Of a stretch of DNA of 64,000 nucleotides, positions 40,478 through 50,680 are shown one piece after another; position 1 is the stretch's first letter, and each line of letters opens with the position of its first letter. Under the pieces are notes generated by a model. It worked only from the letters and a program-made list of their open reading frames with translations. It was not told the DNA's origin and did no database searches. Position numbers and translations under genes: made by a program. The DNA comes from an uncultured cyanobacterium (GTDB taxonomy: Bacteria > Cyanobacteriota > Cyanobacteriia > PCC-6307 > Cyanobiaceae). The stretch lies in the NCBI GenBank assembly GCA_963847745.1, contig CAWKAW010000007.1:46506-110505 (forward strand), read 5' to 3'.

Positions 40478-40560
40478 GGCCCCGTTGGCGCCGGATCGTG
40501 GGGATCGTCTGCGGTAGGAATGGGGCCTGGCCTCCCCCAGGGAGTCTCTGCTGCGCAGCG

Positions 40561-41574
40561 ATGACCGAGCCTCTCAGCCCCGAGCGCATCCTCCAGACGG
40601 CCATGGGCTTCTGGCCCGCCAAGACCCTGCTCAGTGCGGTGGAGCTGGGGGTCTTCAGCGAACTGGCCGCCGGCCCGGAAAACTTCGAGGTTCTGCGCAA
40701 TCGCCTGGGGCTCCACCCCCGCGCAGCCCGGGATTTCCTCGACGCGCTGGTGGCCCTCGGATTCCTCAGCCGCAGCGGCGATCGCTACGCCAACACCGCC
40801 GAGACCGATCTCTTCCTCGACCGCGGCAAGCCTTCCTACCTGGGGGGACTGCTGGAGATGGCGAACCAGCGGCTCTATCCCTTCTGGGGGCAGCTGGGCG
40901 AGGCGTTGCGCACCGGACTGCCCCAGAGCGAGGCCAGCCGGGGCGGGCCCGACTTCTTCGCCAGCCTCTATGACGATCCGGAACGCCTGCGCCAGTTCCT
41001 GAGCGCCATGACCGGCATCAGCCACGGCTCCAACCAGGCGATCGCCCGCGGCTTTCCCTGGGGCGATGTGCGCACGTTCGTGGATGTGGGCACGGCCCAG
41101 GGGGACCTGGCGGTGCAGATCGCCCGGGCCAACCCCCACCTGCAGGGGATCGGCTTCGATCTGCCGCCGGTGGGTCCGGTGTTCGAGGAGTATGTGGCCG
41201 CCCATGGACTGGGTGAGCGGCTGCATTTCGAGGCGGGCAGCTTCTTCGAGCAGGATCTGCCCAGGGCCGATGTGGTGCTGATGGGTCACATCCTGCATGA
41301 CTGGGATCTGCCCACCAAGAAGATGCTGATCGCCAAGGCGTTCGAGGCCCTGCCCAAGGGGGGCTCCCTGGTGGTGTACGAGGCGATCATCGATGACGAG
41401 CGCTGCCGCAATGCCTTCGCTCTGATGATGAGCCTCAACATGCTGATCGAAACACCCGGCGGCTTCGATTACACCGGCGCCGATTGCCGCGGCTGGATGG
41501 AGGAGGCCGGCTTCACCTCCACCCGGGTGGAACCTCTGGTGGGTCCCGATTCGATGGTGGTGGCCGTCAAGTGA
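40561..41574 (+). CDS. SAM-dependent O-methyltransferase (ASMT/COMT family, dimerisation plus MT domain)
   Basis: [52 protein letters not shown]. Confidence 0.92.
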   Translation: MTEPLSPERILQTAMGFWPAKTLLSAVELGVFSELAAGPENFEVLRNRLGLHPRAARDFLDALVALGFLSRSGDRYANTAETDLFLDRGKPSYLGGLLEMANQRLYPFWGQLGEALRTGLPQSEASRGGPDFFASLYDDPERLRQFLSAMTGISHGSNQAIARGFPWGDVRTFVDVGTAQGDLAVQIARANPHLQGIGFDLPPVGPVFEEYVAAHGLGERLHFEAGSFFEQDLPRADVVLMGHILHDWDLPTKKMLIAKAFEALPKGGSLVVYEAIIDDERCRNAFALMMSLNMLIETPGGFDYTGADCRGWMEEAGFTSTRVEPLVGPDSMVVAVK

Positions 41575-41587
41575 CGCCGGGGCAGGT

Positions 41588-42430
41588 TCACTCCCTGCCC
41601 TCCAGCCGCTGGGCCTCCTGGATCAGGCGCTGCAGCCGCTCCAGCACGGATTCATTGCTCATGCGGTTGTTGAGCCGCTCCGCCAGCAGGGGAAAGGCGA
41701 AGGGTCCCGGACGGGGCGGGCGTTCGATCACCAGCTCGCAGGCCTGCAGGCGTTCCAGGGCCGCAGCCAGGCGGTGCACCTCCAGCTGCTCGGCCAGCAC
41801 TTCCTGGCGCGCCTGGGCCAGCAGCAGGTTGCCGGGTTCGTGCTTGCTGAACACCTCGAACAGCAGGGAGGCACTGATCTGCAGCTGGCCGCCGCTCTTC
41901 CCCTGGCCCGGGTAGCCGTTCAGCACCAGACCACTCACCTGGGCGATCGAGCGGAAGCGGCGGCGGCACAGTTCCGAAACGTTGATCGCCAGCTGCAGAT
42001 CCTCCAGCAGCCCTTCGCTGCTCAGCAGGTCCGGCCCATGCCGATCGACCAGCTCCTCGAAGGGATAGCCCTTCGGCGCCAGCAGCTCGAATCCGTAGTC
42101 GTTCACCGACACGGTGATGCTGCCGGCCCGGTGCCGCGCCAGCCGCCAGGCCCAGAGGAACCCCAGCCCCTCGTGCACGAAGCGGCCCTCGAAGGGATAG
42201 GCATAGAGATGGCTCCCCTCCCGCGTGCGGCAGAGTTCCACCAGGAACTGGTGTTCCCCCGGGATCAGCGAGAGATCCGCCTGCCGCTCCAGCAGCGGCG
42301 CCAGGGCCCTCAGCTCAGGGGTGTCCAGCTCGCGCGGCGGGGAGATCTCCGGCATCCCTGCGTCGCCGCCTTGCCCGCCGCCTTCCCTCGCGGGCGCCGA
42401 TGGCACGGGAGCAGCGATCCACTTCGGCAC
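41588..42430 (-). CDS. lhr: Lhr-family ligase-associated DEXH helicase, C-terminal part (after frameshift)
   Basis: ELDTPELRAL, HLYAYPFEGRFVHEGL, SVNDYGFELL, CRRRFRSIAQVSGL, PFAFPLLAERL. Confidence 0.88.
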   Translation of the reverse strand: MPKWIAAPVPSAPAREGGGQGGDAGMPEISPPRELDTPELRALAPLLERQADLSLIPGEHQFLVELCRTREGSHLYAYPFEGRFVHEGLGFLWAWRLARHRAGSITVSVNDYGFELLAPKGYPFEELVDRHGPDLLSSEGLLEDLQLAINVSELCRRRFRSIAQVSGLVLNGYPGQGKSGGQLQISASLLFEVFSKHEPGNLLLAQARQEVLAEQLEVHRLAAALERLQACELVIERPPRPGPFAFPLLAERLNNRMSNESVLERLQRLIQEAQRLEGRE

Positions 42431-44132
42431 GCAGATGGCGGCTGAGAAGATCGGAGAGGGCCATCTGGCCGCCCGCCCAGGCCGGCACCGTGGTGCTCCT
42501 GCGGGTGCTCGCCTTCACCAGGGCCGTCATCTCCCGCAGCCGCACGAACTCCAGCTGCCGCCCCGCGAAGAAGAACACATCCTTCGGCTTGAGCTTGCCG
42601 ATGAAGGTCTCCTCCACGTGGCCCAGAACGGCACCCCGCAGGAAGCGCACCGTGACCGCCCGATCGGCGGTGATCGTGCCGATGTTGAGCCGGTGCAGGC
42701 GGGCGATGCCCCTCTCCTTGACCCGGTAGCGGAACCCCGTGCCATCGGCGGCGCCGGCGGGTTCCCGCTCCAGCTTGCGGTAGCGGGGATAGGCGCCCAG
42801 GCAGTCGCCGCCCTGCTCGAGAAAGCGCAGACACCAGTTCCAGGTGGCGTCATCGAGATCCCGGTAGCTCCAGGCGCCGCGCACCGCCGCCAGCTCCTCG
42901 GCGGCCACGAATCCCGGCCCGCAGGCCAGGCTGGTGAGGTGCTGGAGCAGCACGTCCAGGGGGGCCGCCGGCGGCCGGCGGTGCTCCACCAGTCCCTGGC
43001 CCAGCCCCCGCCGCATCGCGCTCACCTCGAGCAGCTCGAGGGCATGGGTGGGCAGGAACAGCACTTGGGAGGTGCCCCCCGGGGTGTGGGCCGAGCGGCC
43101 CGCCCGCTGCAGCAGGCGCGCCAGGTTCTTGGCGCTGCCGATCTGCACCACCCGCTCCACCGGCTGGAAGTCCACCCCCAGATCCAGGGAGCTGGTGCAC
43201 ACCACCCAGCGCAGGGAACCGGCCTTCACCCCGGCCTCGATCGCCTCCCGTTCGCTGCGGTCGATGGCGCTGTGGTGCAGCGCCAGGGATCCCTCCATCT
43301 CCGGGCAGGCGTAACGCAGGCACTGGTGCCAGCGCTCGGCCTGGTTGCGGGTGTTGGTGAAGAGCAGGGTCGACACGCGGCTGTCCAGCGCCCCCACCAG
43401 CTCCTCGTACATGCGCAGGCCGAGATGACCCGCCCAGGGGAAGCCATCGATCGCTTCCGGCAGCAGGCTGCGGATCGCCGTGGGCCGCCGCAGATTCGCC
43501 GTCACGATCTCCGGCTCGGTGTGCACCCCCACCGCCGCCCGGGCGGCCTCCTCCAGGTTGCCGATCGTGGCGCTGATCGCCCAGGTGCGCAGCTGCGGCC
43601 GCCGCCGCCGCAGCCAGCTCAGGCACAGCTCGCTCTGGCTGCCCCGCTTGCTGCCCATCAGCTCGTGCCACTCGTCGATCACCACCGCCTCCAGTGCGGC
43701 GAACAGGTCGGGGGCGGCCGGGTTCGCCAGCAGCAGCGACAGGGATTCAGGAGTGGTGATCAGGATCTGGGGTGGATGCTTCAGCTGGCGGCCCCGTTCA
43801 GCGGAGGGGGTGTCGCCGTTGCGCAGACCCACCCGCAGCGGCCAGCCCATCGCCTCGATCGGCTCGCGGATCGCCAGGGCCAGGTCGCGGCTCAGGGCCC
43901 GCAGGGGGGTGAGCACCAGCAGGCGCAGACCGACGGGCGGCTCCGGCTCCGCCAGCATCGCCGCGATCGGACCCATCACCGCGGCATAGGTCTTGCCCGA
44001 ACCGGTGGGCACCTGCAGCAATCCGCTGCGCCCCTGCAGGAAGGCCTTCCAGCAACGGCGCTGAAAGGGCATGGGCCGCCAGCCCCGCTGGGCGAACCAC
44101 TGCTCGATCGGGGCCAGACGCACCGCGCTCAT
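42315..44132 (-). CDS. lhr: Lhr-family ligase-associated DEXH helicase, N-terminal part; gene split by a frameshift
   Basis: PTGSGKT, TPLRALSRD, TTPESL, IDEWHEL, SATIGN, HHSAI, CTSSLDLGVD, QRAGRSAH, NIGTI, FFFAGR. Confidence 0.92.
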   Translation of the reverse strand: MSAVRLAPIEQWFAQRGWRPMPFQRRCWKAFLQGRSGLLQVPTGSGKTYAAVMGPIAAMLAEPEPPVGLRLLVLTPLRALSRDLALAIREPIEAMGWPLRVGLRNGDTPSAERGRQLKHPPQILITTPESLSLLLANPAAPDLFAALEAVVIDEWHELMGSKRGSQSELCLSWLRRRRPQLRTWAISATIGNLEEAARAAVGVHTEPEIVTANLRRPTAIRSLLPEAIDGFPWAGHLGLRMYEELVGALDSRVSTLLFTNTRNQAERWHQCLRYACPEMEGSLALHHSAIDRSEREAIEAGVKAGSLRWVVCTSSLDLGVDFQPVERVVQIGSAKNLARLLQRAGRSAHTPGGTSQVLFLPTHALELLEVSAMRRGLGQGLVEHRRPPAAPLDVLLQHLTSLACGPGFVAAEELAAVRGAWSYRDLDDATWNWCLRFLEQGGDCLGAYPRYRKLEREPAGAADGTGFRYRVKERGIARLHRLNIGTITADRAVTVRFLRGAVLGHVEETFIGKLKPKDVFFFAGRQLEFVRLREMTALVKASTRRSTTVPAWAGGQMALSDLLSRHLRAEVDRCSRAIGAREGRRRARRRRRDAGDLPAARAGHP

Positions 44133-45832
44133 GGAGGCGAGGAACCTTCCAGCAGCTGCAGGGCCGCCGCCAGGGTGTCCGCCTCCATGGCCGGCTTGTC
44201 GCGGCGCCAGCGGCTGATCCGGGGAAACCGCACGGCGATGCCGCTCCTGTGCCGGCTCGAGGGCTGCAGCCCCTCGAAGGCCAGCTCGAACACCTGCAGC
44301 GGCTCCACCGCCCGCACCGGCCCGAACCGCTCGGTGGTGTGGCGCCGGATCCAGCGATCCAGCTCCTCGATCTCCTGGTCATCCAGCCCGGAATAGGCCT
44401 TGGCGAAGGTCACCAGCCGGGCCGGCCCCTCCTGCACCCCTGCGGCGGCCACCGGTGGCCGGCTCCACAGGCCGAAGGTGTAGTCGGTGAACAGGTTGGC
44501 GCGGCGGCCGCTGCCGGCCTGGGCGTAGAGCAGCACCGCATCGAGCCGGAACGGCTCCAGCTTGTGCTTCCACCAGTGCCCCCGCCGCCTTCCGGCCAGG
44601 TAGGGGGAGTCGAGGGCCTTGAGCATCAGTCCCTCGGCGCCGGCCTCCCGGGCCTGCCCCCGCAGGGTCTCGAGGGCCTGCCAGCCGGGCAGATGCAGCG
44701 CGGTGGAGAGGCGCAGCGCCAGGGAATGGGGTGCCGGCTGTGACTCCGGATCGGTCGCCTCCCCGGCCTCGCCGGCCTCCAGCCAGAGGCGATGGAGTGC
44801 CTCCAGCAGCTGACGGCGCTGCCGCAGGGGCTGGCGGCGCAGGTCCTCCCCGCCGCTCTCCAGCAGGTCGTAGGCAAGGAACGCGGCGGGATGGTCGCGC
44901 AGCAGGGCGGATCCAGGGGCCTTGCGGCCCAGCCGCCGCTGCAGGTCGCCGAAGGGCCGGGGTCGCTCGCTGGCGCGGGGCCACACGATCACCTCCCCAT
45001 CCAGCACCGTGCCCTCCGGCAGCGTGCCGGCCAGGCTGATCAGCTCGGGGAAGCTGCCATTGATCAGTTCCTCCCCGCGGCTCCAGAGAAAGCTCTCGCC
45101 CCGGCGCCGGATCAGCTGGCCGCGGATGCCATCCCACTTCCACTCCACCAGCCAGGCCGACGGCGGGGTGGCCTCCAGCCGGCCGGTGGGGAGGGGTGAA
45201 GCGAGAAAAAAGGGATAGGGACGGCTGATCCCGGCCTCTCCCGAGCCCTCCTCCGCCAGCAGGGCCTGAAAGCGTTCCGCGCTCGGCTCGAAGCCGCCCA
45301 TCAGGCGATGGGCCAGCACCGATTCCTCCAGGCCGCTCACCCGGGCCAGGGCCCGGAGCACCAGTCCCTGGGCCACGCCCACCCGGAAGCCGCCGGTGAG
45401 CAGTTTGTTCACCACCAGCAGTTCCCCGGGCCCCAGAGCTCCCCACATCCGGCGCACGGCCAGGGCCTGGGCTTCCCCTTCCAGCGAGGCCAGCTCCGGC
45501 AGGATCCGCTCCAGCCACTCCCGCAGCGGCGGGCTCTCCCCGCCGGGATCCCCCTGGGGTTTCCAGAGCAAGGCGACGGTTTCGGCCGAGTCCCCCACCT
45601 GGGCGTGGCACTCGTCGAACAGCCAGCTGGGAAGCCCCGTTCCCTCCAGGCAGATCTGCCGCAGGCGGCGCCCCGTGATCAGGCGGCGGCGCTGCTTGCC
45701 GAGCAGGCAGCGCAGGGCCCAGGCGGCATCGGCCGGATCGGCCCCGGAGAAGTAGGCCACCAGGGCCGCCACCTTCCCCCCGGTGCCGGTGGCCCGGTCC
45801 AGCTGCTCGAACAGGGCACAGAAGGCCTTCAT
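44129..45832 (-). CDS. ATP-dependent DNA ligase (ligase-associated damage response type)
   Basis: EWKWDGIRGQ (KxDG), LDGEV, EGLMLK, WWKHK, FAKAYSGL, FELAFEG, VRFPRI. Confidence 0.96.
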   Translation of the reverse strand: MKAFCALFEQLDRATGTGGKVAALVAYFSGADPADAAWALRCLLGKQRRRLITGRRLRQICLEGTGLPSWLFDECHAQVGDSAETVALLWKPQGDPGGESPPLREWLERILPELASLEGEAQALAVRRMWGALGPGELLVVNKLLTGGFRVGVAQGLVLRALARVSGLEESVLAHRLMGGFEPSAERFQALLAEEGSGEAGISRPYPFFLASPLPTGRLEATPPSAWLVEWKWDGIRGQLIRRRGESFLWSRGEELINGSFPELISLAGTLPEGTVLDGEVIVWPRASERPRPFGDLQRRLGRKAPGSALLRDHPAAFLAYDLLESGGEDLRRQPLRQRRQLLEALHRLWLEAGEAGEATDPESQPAPHSLALRLSTALHLPGWQALETLRGQAREAGAEGLMLKALDSPYLAGRRRGHWWKHKLEPFRLDAVLLYAQAGSGRRANLFTDYTFGLWSRPPVAAAGVQEGPARLVTFAKAYSGLDDQEIEELDRWIRRHTTERFGPVRAVEPLQVFELAFEGLQPSSRHRSGIAVRFPRISRWRRDKPAMEADTLAAALQLLEGSSPP

Positions 45833-46854
45833 CGCGAGGGGGAACCCTCCTCCGGTGCGGGGGGGATCAGCGGCGCGGCATCGATGCCCTCCACCTCCCG
45901 CAGATAGCGGGCCAGGGCCTCGCCCTGGCCATGGGTCACGTAGACCTGCCGCGCCCCCGATTCCCGCACCGTGCGCAGCAGCCCGTCCCAGTCAGCGTGA
46001 TCGCTCATCACGAATCCCCGCCCGTAGCCCCGCCGCCGCCGGGCGCCCCGCACCGCCATCCAGCCGCTCACGAAGGCGGTCTGGGGCGAGCGGAAGCGCT
46101 TCATCCAGGGGGAGCGGTGGGCCGAGGGCGGGGCGATCACCAGCCGGCCGGCCAGGGATTCGCCGCGGGGCAGGGCGCTCAGGGGCCGGGTCGCCGCCAG
46201 GGCGACGCCCTGCTGCCGGTAGGGCTCCATCAGGGCCTGCACCGCCCCGTGCAGCAGCACCTCCTCCCTGCAGCCGAGGGCGTGCAGTTCCGCCAGCACC
46301 CGCTGGGCCTTGCCGAAGGCATAGCAGAAGAGAATCGAGGGGCGCTCCGGCGCCCCCTTCCACCACTGCTCGATCTCCGCCGTCACCTGGGATCCGGGCT
46401 GCCAGCGGTAGAGGGGCAGTCCGAAGGTGGCCTCGGTGATCAGCACGTCGGCGCTCACCGGCTCGAAGGGAGCACAGCTCGGATCGGCATCGCGCTTGTA
46501 GTCGCCGCTCACCAGCCAGCTTTCCCCGCCCGCCTCCAGCCGGATCTGGGCGGAGCCGAGCACATGGCCGGCGGAATGGAACGACAGCCGCACCCCGCCG
46601 AGGCGGAATTCGGCCCCGTAGGGCAGGCCATGCAGGCAGAGGGAGCTTCCCAGCCGCCGGCGCAGGATTCCCTCCCCCGCCGCCACCGCCCAGTACTCGC
46701 CGCAGCCCGGCCGGGCATGGTCGGCATGGGCATGGGTGATCAGGGCCCGGGGCACGGGACGCCAGGGATCGATCCAGACATCGGCGGCCGGACAGTGGAG
46801 CCCCTCCGGAGTGAGGCGGAGCAGGCCGTCTGCGGAGAAGTCGCTGGCCCGCAT
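45829..46854 (-). CDS. Ligase-associated DNA damage response exonuclease (beta-CASP/MBL fold)
   Basis: WIDPWRPVPRALITHAHADHARPG, SAGHVLGSAQ, SGDYK, ITEATFGLP, YAFGKAQR, MSDHADW. Confidence 0.95.
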   Translation of the reverse strand: MRASDFSADGLLRLTPEGLHCPAADVWIDPWRPVPRALITHAHADHARPGCGEYWAVAAGEGILRRRLGSSLCLHGLPYGAEFRLGGVRLSFHSAGHVLGSAQIRLEAGGESWLVSGDYKRDADPSCAPFEPVSADVLITEATFGLPLYRWQPGSQVTAEIEQWWKGAPERPSILFCYAFGKAQRVLAELHALGCREEVLLHGAVQALMEPYRQQGVALAATRPLSALPRGESLAGRLVIAPPSAHRSPWMKRFRSPQTAFVSGWMAVRGARRRRGYGRGFVMSDHADWDGLLRTVRESGARQVYVTHGQGEALARYLREVEGIDAAPLIPPAPEEGSPSR

Positions 46855-47582
46855 CAGCGCTGCAGCAGGCTCCCCAGCAGTTCGCGCAGGGCCCTGCTGG
46901 TGTCGGCCAGCCCCTCCACCCCGGGAACGAATCCCAGAATCGCTTCCGCGGCAGGGAAGCAGCCCGCAGCAGGGGCGCCCCTGCCCTTGGTCTCCGGGCA
47001 GGGGGCGGCGATCACCTCCACGGCGGCGGAGCCGTAGGCCCGCAGGGCGCGGGGCAGGTGGTCGCGATCACTCACCAGCAGGGCCGAACGCCAGTTCCGC
47101 TCGGTGGCCAGCCTCCGGAACGCCCGGCCCCCCTCGTCGGTGTTGCGGCTGTGGGGCTCCTGCAGTACCGAGTGCGGCTCGATCCCGGCCAGGGTCAGCA
47201 TCTGGTGCCGGCGTTCCGCCGTTTCCGCACTGGAATGGCCGGAGAACACCAGCACCGGCGCCCTGCCGTGCCGGTACAGGGAAAGGGCCCAGAGGTCCCG
47301 CTGGGGAAAACCTCCGCTCAGCACCACCAGGGCATCGGCGCGGGGCAATCCGCCGGGGTTCTCCCCCCATCCGCCTTCCACCCGGGGGCAACGCCGCTTC
47401 ACGGCCTCCAGCAGCATCCGGCCCACTCTGGGGGTGCTCACCAGGGCGAGCAGCAGCAGAGCCGCCAGGGAGATGGCTCCCCCCGGGGAAGGACGCAGAA
47501 GCAGGGGCAGGGCGGCCAGGCCCAGGCCGATGGGGAGGGGCATCCCCAGCTGGCCCAGCAGTCTGCGCAGCGGAGGGGGCAC
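46854..47582 (-). CDS. YdcF / DUF218 family protein
   Basis: DALVVLSGG, VLVFSG, EPHSRNTDE, LLVSDRDHLPRA; N-terminal TM segments. GTG start inferred. Confidence 0.75.
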   Translation of the reverse strand: MPPPLRRLLGQLGMPLPIGLGLAALPLLLRPSPGGAISLAALLLLALVSTPRVGRMLLEAVKRRCPRVEGGWGENPGGLPRADALVVLSGGFPQRDLWALSLYRHGRAPVLVFSGHSSAETAERRHQMLTLAGIEPHSVLQEPHSRNTDEGGRAFRRLATERNWRSALLVSDRDHLPRALRAYGSAAVEVIAAPCPETKGRGAPAAGCFPAAEAILGFVPGVEGLADTSRALRELLGSLLQR

Positions 47583-47596
47583 CGCGGCGGCCGTCC

Positions 47597-48595
47597 TCAG
47601 GCGCTCATCGCCAGCATGCGTTCGATCGGGGCCAGGGCCCGCAGGCGCGTCGGCTCGTCGATCTCGACCGCCGGGGTCAGGTTCTGCAGGCAGCGCCACA
47701 CCTTCTCGAGCGTGTTGAGACGCATGTAGGGACAGGTGTTGCAGCTGCAGTGGTCGCTGCCCGGCACGTCGTGGAAGGTCTTGTCGGGCACCCGCCGCCG
47801 CATCTGGTGCAGGATCCCGGGCTCGGTGAGCACGATGAAGGCAGGTGCCCCACTGGTTTCAGCGTGATGGAGCAGCTTGCTGGTGGAGCCGATGAAATCG
47901 GCCAGATCCAGGAGGTGCTGCTGGCATTCCGGATGGGCGATCACCTCCGCCTCGGGGTGGTCCAGCTTCAGCTGCAGCAGGGCCTGCTCGCTGAAGGTTT
48001 CGTGCACGATGCAGCTGCCCGGCCAGAGGGTGAGGTCGCGACCGCTCTGGCGGGCCACCCAGCGGCCCAGGTTCTGATCGGGGGCGAACAGGATCGGCCG
48101 GTCGGCGGGCAGCTGGTTGACCAGCTGCACCGCGTTGCTGCTGGTGCAGATGAGGTCGCTCTGGGCTTTCACCGCCGCCGAGCAGTTGATGTAGCTCACC
48201 ACGGTGTGATCGGGATGGCGGGCCCGGAAGGCGGCGAAGGCATCGGCGGGGCAGGCGTCGGCCAGGCTGCAGCCGGCCTCCAGATCCGGCACCAGAACCG
48301 TGCGGCCCGGATTGAGGATCTTGGCCGTTTCCGCCATGAAATGCACGCCGCAGAACACGATCACATCGGCATCGGTGCTGGCGGCCTTGCGGGACAGCTC
48401 GAGGGAGTCGCCGATGAAATCGGCGATGTCCTGCACCTCGTCGTTCTGGTAGTAATGGGCCAGGATCACGGCATTGCGTTCCCGGCGCAGCGCATCGATC
48501 GCAGCCGGCAGATCCGCAGCCGGAGGGGGATCACTCGGGGCTGAGTCCGGGGAGGGAGCTTCCCGGGAAGGGGAATGAAGCTGGGTGAAGACCAA
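47597..48595 (-). CDS. nadA: Quinolinate synthase
   Basis: [66 protein letters not shown] start at 48595. Confidence 0.97.
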   Translation of the reverse strand: MVFTQLHSPSREAPSPDSAPSDPPPAADLPAAIDALRRERNAVILAHYYQNDEVQDIADFIGDSLELSRKAASTDADVIVFCGVHFMAETAKILNPGRTVLVPDLEAGCSLADACPADAFAAFRARHPDHTVVSYINCSAAVKAQSDLICTSSNAVQLVNQLPADRPILFAPDQNLGRWVARQSGRDLTLWPGSCIVHETFSEQALLQLKLDHPEAEVIAHPECQQHLLDLADFIGSTSKLLHHAETSGAPAFIVLTEPGILHQMRRRVPDKTFHDVPGSDHCSCNTCPYMRLNTLEKVWRCLQNLTPAVEIDEPTRLRALAPIERMLAMSA

Positions 48596-48640
48596 CCGGA
48601 TCCCTCGCTTCGGGCAGGATGGGGCCAGCCTAGGCAGGCC

Positions 48641-49513
48641 GTGGGATTGGCAGAGCTCCAGATCGCCATCGCGGGAGATCTCCATGACCAGTGGGATGAG
48701 AGCGACCAGATCCTTCTGGATCGGATCCGTCCCGATGTTCTGCTCCTGGTGGGAGACCTCAGCGACGGCAGAACCCGGATTCCCTCCCTGCTGAGCCGGC
48801 TCGAGCTGCCGATGGCCTGCATCCTCGGCAACCACGATTCCGGCAGGGACCCCACCGGCACCCGGCTGCAGCGCCAGCTCGATCTGCTGGGGGAGCAGCA
48901 CTGCGGCTGGGGCCTGCGGGAGCTGCACCCTCCCGGACTGGCGGTGGTGGGCGCCCGGCCGGGAACGGCCGGCGGGGGGTTCCGGCTTTCCCGGGCGGTG
49001 CGGGCGGTGTACGGGCCCGTGGACCTGCACGAATCGGCCGCCCGCATCACCCGCGCGGCGCTCAGCGCCGATGCGGGGCTGCCCCTGGTGCTCCTGGCCC
49101 ACTGCGGACCCAGCGGACTGGGCAGCGAAGCCGCCGATCCCTGCGGCCGGGACTGGAAACGGCAGGCCTGTGACTGGGGTGACCAGGATCTCGCTCTGGC
49201 GATCGAGATGATCCGCCGGGAGCGCCCGGTGCCGCTGGTGATCTTCGGTCACATGCACCACAGCCTCAAGCGCCATCCCGGCGAACGCCGCAGCTTCCAC
49301 CGCGATCGGGCCGGCACCGCTTTCCTCAACACGGCCTGCGTGCCCCGCCATGGAGTCGACGGCCACGGCAGGGCCCTGCGCCACTTCAGCTGGGTGACGC
49401 TGGAGCAGGGGGGTGGGGTCGGCCATGTGAGTCACCGCTGGTATGGCCTCAGCGGCGACCTCCTTTATATGGAGACGCTCTGGAGCGCTCCGGCGAAGGC
49501 CCTGGCCCCCTGA
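48641..49513 (+). CDS. TIGR04168-family cyanobacterial metallophosphoesterase
   Basis: [48 protein letters not shown]. Confidence 0.85.
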   Translation: MGLAELQIAIAGDLHDQWDESDQILLDRIRPDVLLLVGDLSDGRTRIPSLLSRLELPMACILGNHDSGRDPTGTRLQRQLDLLGEQHCGWGLRELHPPGLAVVGARPGTAGGGFRLSRAVRAVYGPVDLHESAARITRAALSADAGLPLVLLAHCGPSGLGSEAADPCGRDWKRQACDWGDQDLALAIEMIRRERPVPLVIFGHMHHSLKRHPGERRSFHRDRAGTAFLNTACVPRHGVDGHGRALRHFSWVTLEQGGGVGHVSHRWYGLSGDLLYMETLWSAPAKALAP

Positions 49514-50613
49514 TGCTGATCTATGCCTGCATCAGCAGCCATGGCTTCGGCCATGGCTCCCGCAGCGCCGCGGTGCTGGCCGAGCTGGCAGCGCTGCGAC
49601 CCGACTGGCGCCTGGTTGTCTCCAGTGCCCTGCCCGAGTCCTTCCTGGGGCTGGCCTTCGGGGCTGTGCCGTTCCAGCTGCGGCCCTGCCGCTGGGACGT
49701 GGGGGTGCTGCAGGCCGATGCCCTTTCGGTGGACCAGGCCGCCACCCTTGAGGCCCTGCGGCAGCTCGAGGCAGGGCTGGGCGAAAGGATCGAGCAGGAG
49801 GCCGCCTGGCTGGAGATGCAGGCGGAACCGGTGGTGGTGCTGGCCGACGTGCCGCCCGAGGCGGCCCGGCTGGCGGAGCGGCTCGGGGCACCGTTGATCT
49901 GGCTGGCGAGCTTCGGCTGGGATGCCATCTACCGCCCCATGGGGGGAGCCTTCGTGGCCTGGGCCGACCGCTGCCGCGATCTGTATGCCAGGGGTGACCT
50001 GCTGCTGCGCTGCCCGCTGGCGCTGCCGATGGACTGGGGGGTGCCGGAGCTGCCTCTGGGAGTCACCAGTTCCCGCCCCCGGCTGGACCCCCAGGAGGTC
50101 GCCGCGCGGCTGGCTCTGCCCAGGGAGAGGGACCGGTGCGTGCTGATCAGCTTCGGTGGGCTGGGGATGCGGCTCGATCCCTCCCTTCCGGCCCGATGGC
50201 CGGAGCATGTCTTCATCGGACCGGACCCCGCCCTGGCGACGGTGCCCAACGGCCGGATCCTTCCGGAGGGCATGCGGCCGCTGGATGTGATGCCGCTCAC
50301 CGAGCGGCTCATCACCAAGCCCGGCTACAGCAGCTTCTGCGAGGCCTTCAGCCAGGGGGTGGGGATCCATCTGGTCCACCGCGAAGGCTTCGCCGAGGCG
50401 GGGATGCTGGAGGAAGCGCTGCAGCGCCACGGCCGCCACCGTCTGCTGAGCGAAGCCCAGCTCCGCTGTGGCGACTGGGAGCTGGATCGCCCGCTGCAGC
50501 CTCCCAGGGAAGGCCCCCTGCCCCTGGATGGGGCTGCGGCGGCGGCCCGGCACATCGCGCAATGGGCGGAAAGGGGATCAGCAGGTCCGATCGATGAGGC
50601 GTCACAGGTTTGA
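49513..50613 (+). CDS. Conserved cyanobacterial GT-B glycosyltransferase-like protein
   Basis: [44 protein letters not shown]. Confidence 0.75.
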   Translation: MLIYACISSHGFGHGSRSAAVLAELAALRPDWRLVVSSALPESFLGLAFGAVPFQLRPCRWDVGVLQADALSVDQAATLEALRQLEAGLGERIEQEAAWLEMQAEPVVVLADVPPEAARLAERLGAPLIWLASFGWDAIYRPMGGAFVAWADRCRDLYARGDLLLRCPLALPMDWGVPELPLGVTSSRPRLDPQEVAARLALPRERDRCVLISFGGLGMRLDPSLPARWPEHVFIGPDPALATVPNGRILPEGMRPLDVMPLTERLITKPGYSSFCEAFSQGVGIHLVHREGFAEAGMLEEALQRHGRHRLLSEAQLRCGDWELDRPLQPPREGPLPLDGAAAAARHIAQWAERGSAGPIDEASQV

Positions 50614-50645
50614 AGTTCTGTTGAGCAAATGTGAGTAAAACCAGT

Positions 50646-50680
50646 CGGTCACGGGATTTCAAACCCTGACCGTCATTTTC
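50646..50680 (+). terminator. Possible terminator / 5' hairpin of the muramidase leader
   Basis: CGGTCA-c-GGG / CCC-TGACCG stem (50646-50672) followed by TCATTTT, about 30 nt after the stop at 50613. Confidence 0.45.

Noticed and set aside
50646-50672. tRNA-like T-arm on the minus strand (GGTTTGAAATCCC)
   Set aside because: No acceptor, D or anticodon arms; it is explained by a simple hairpin.
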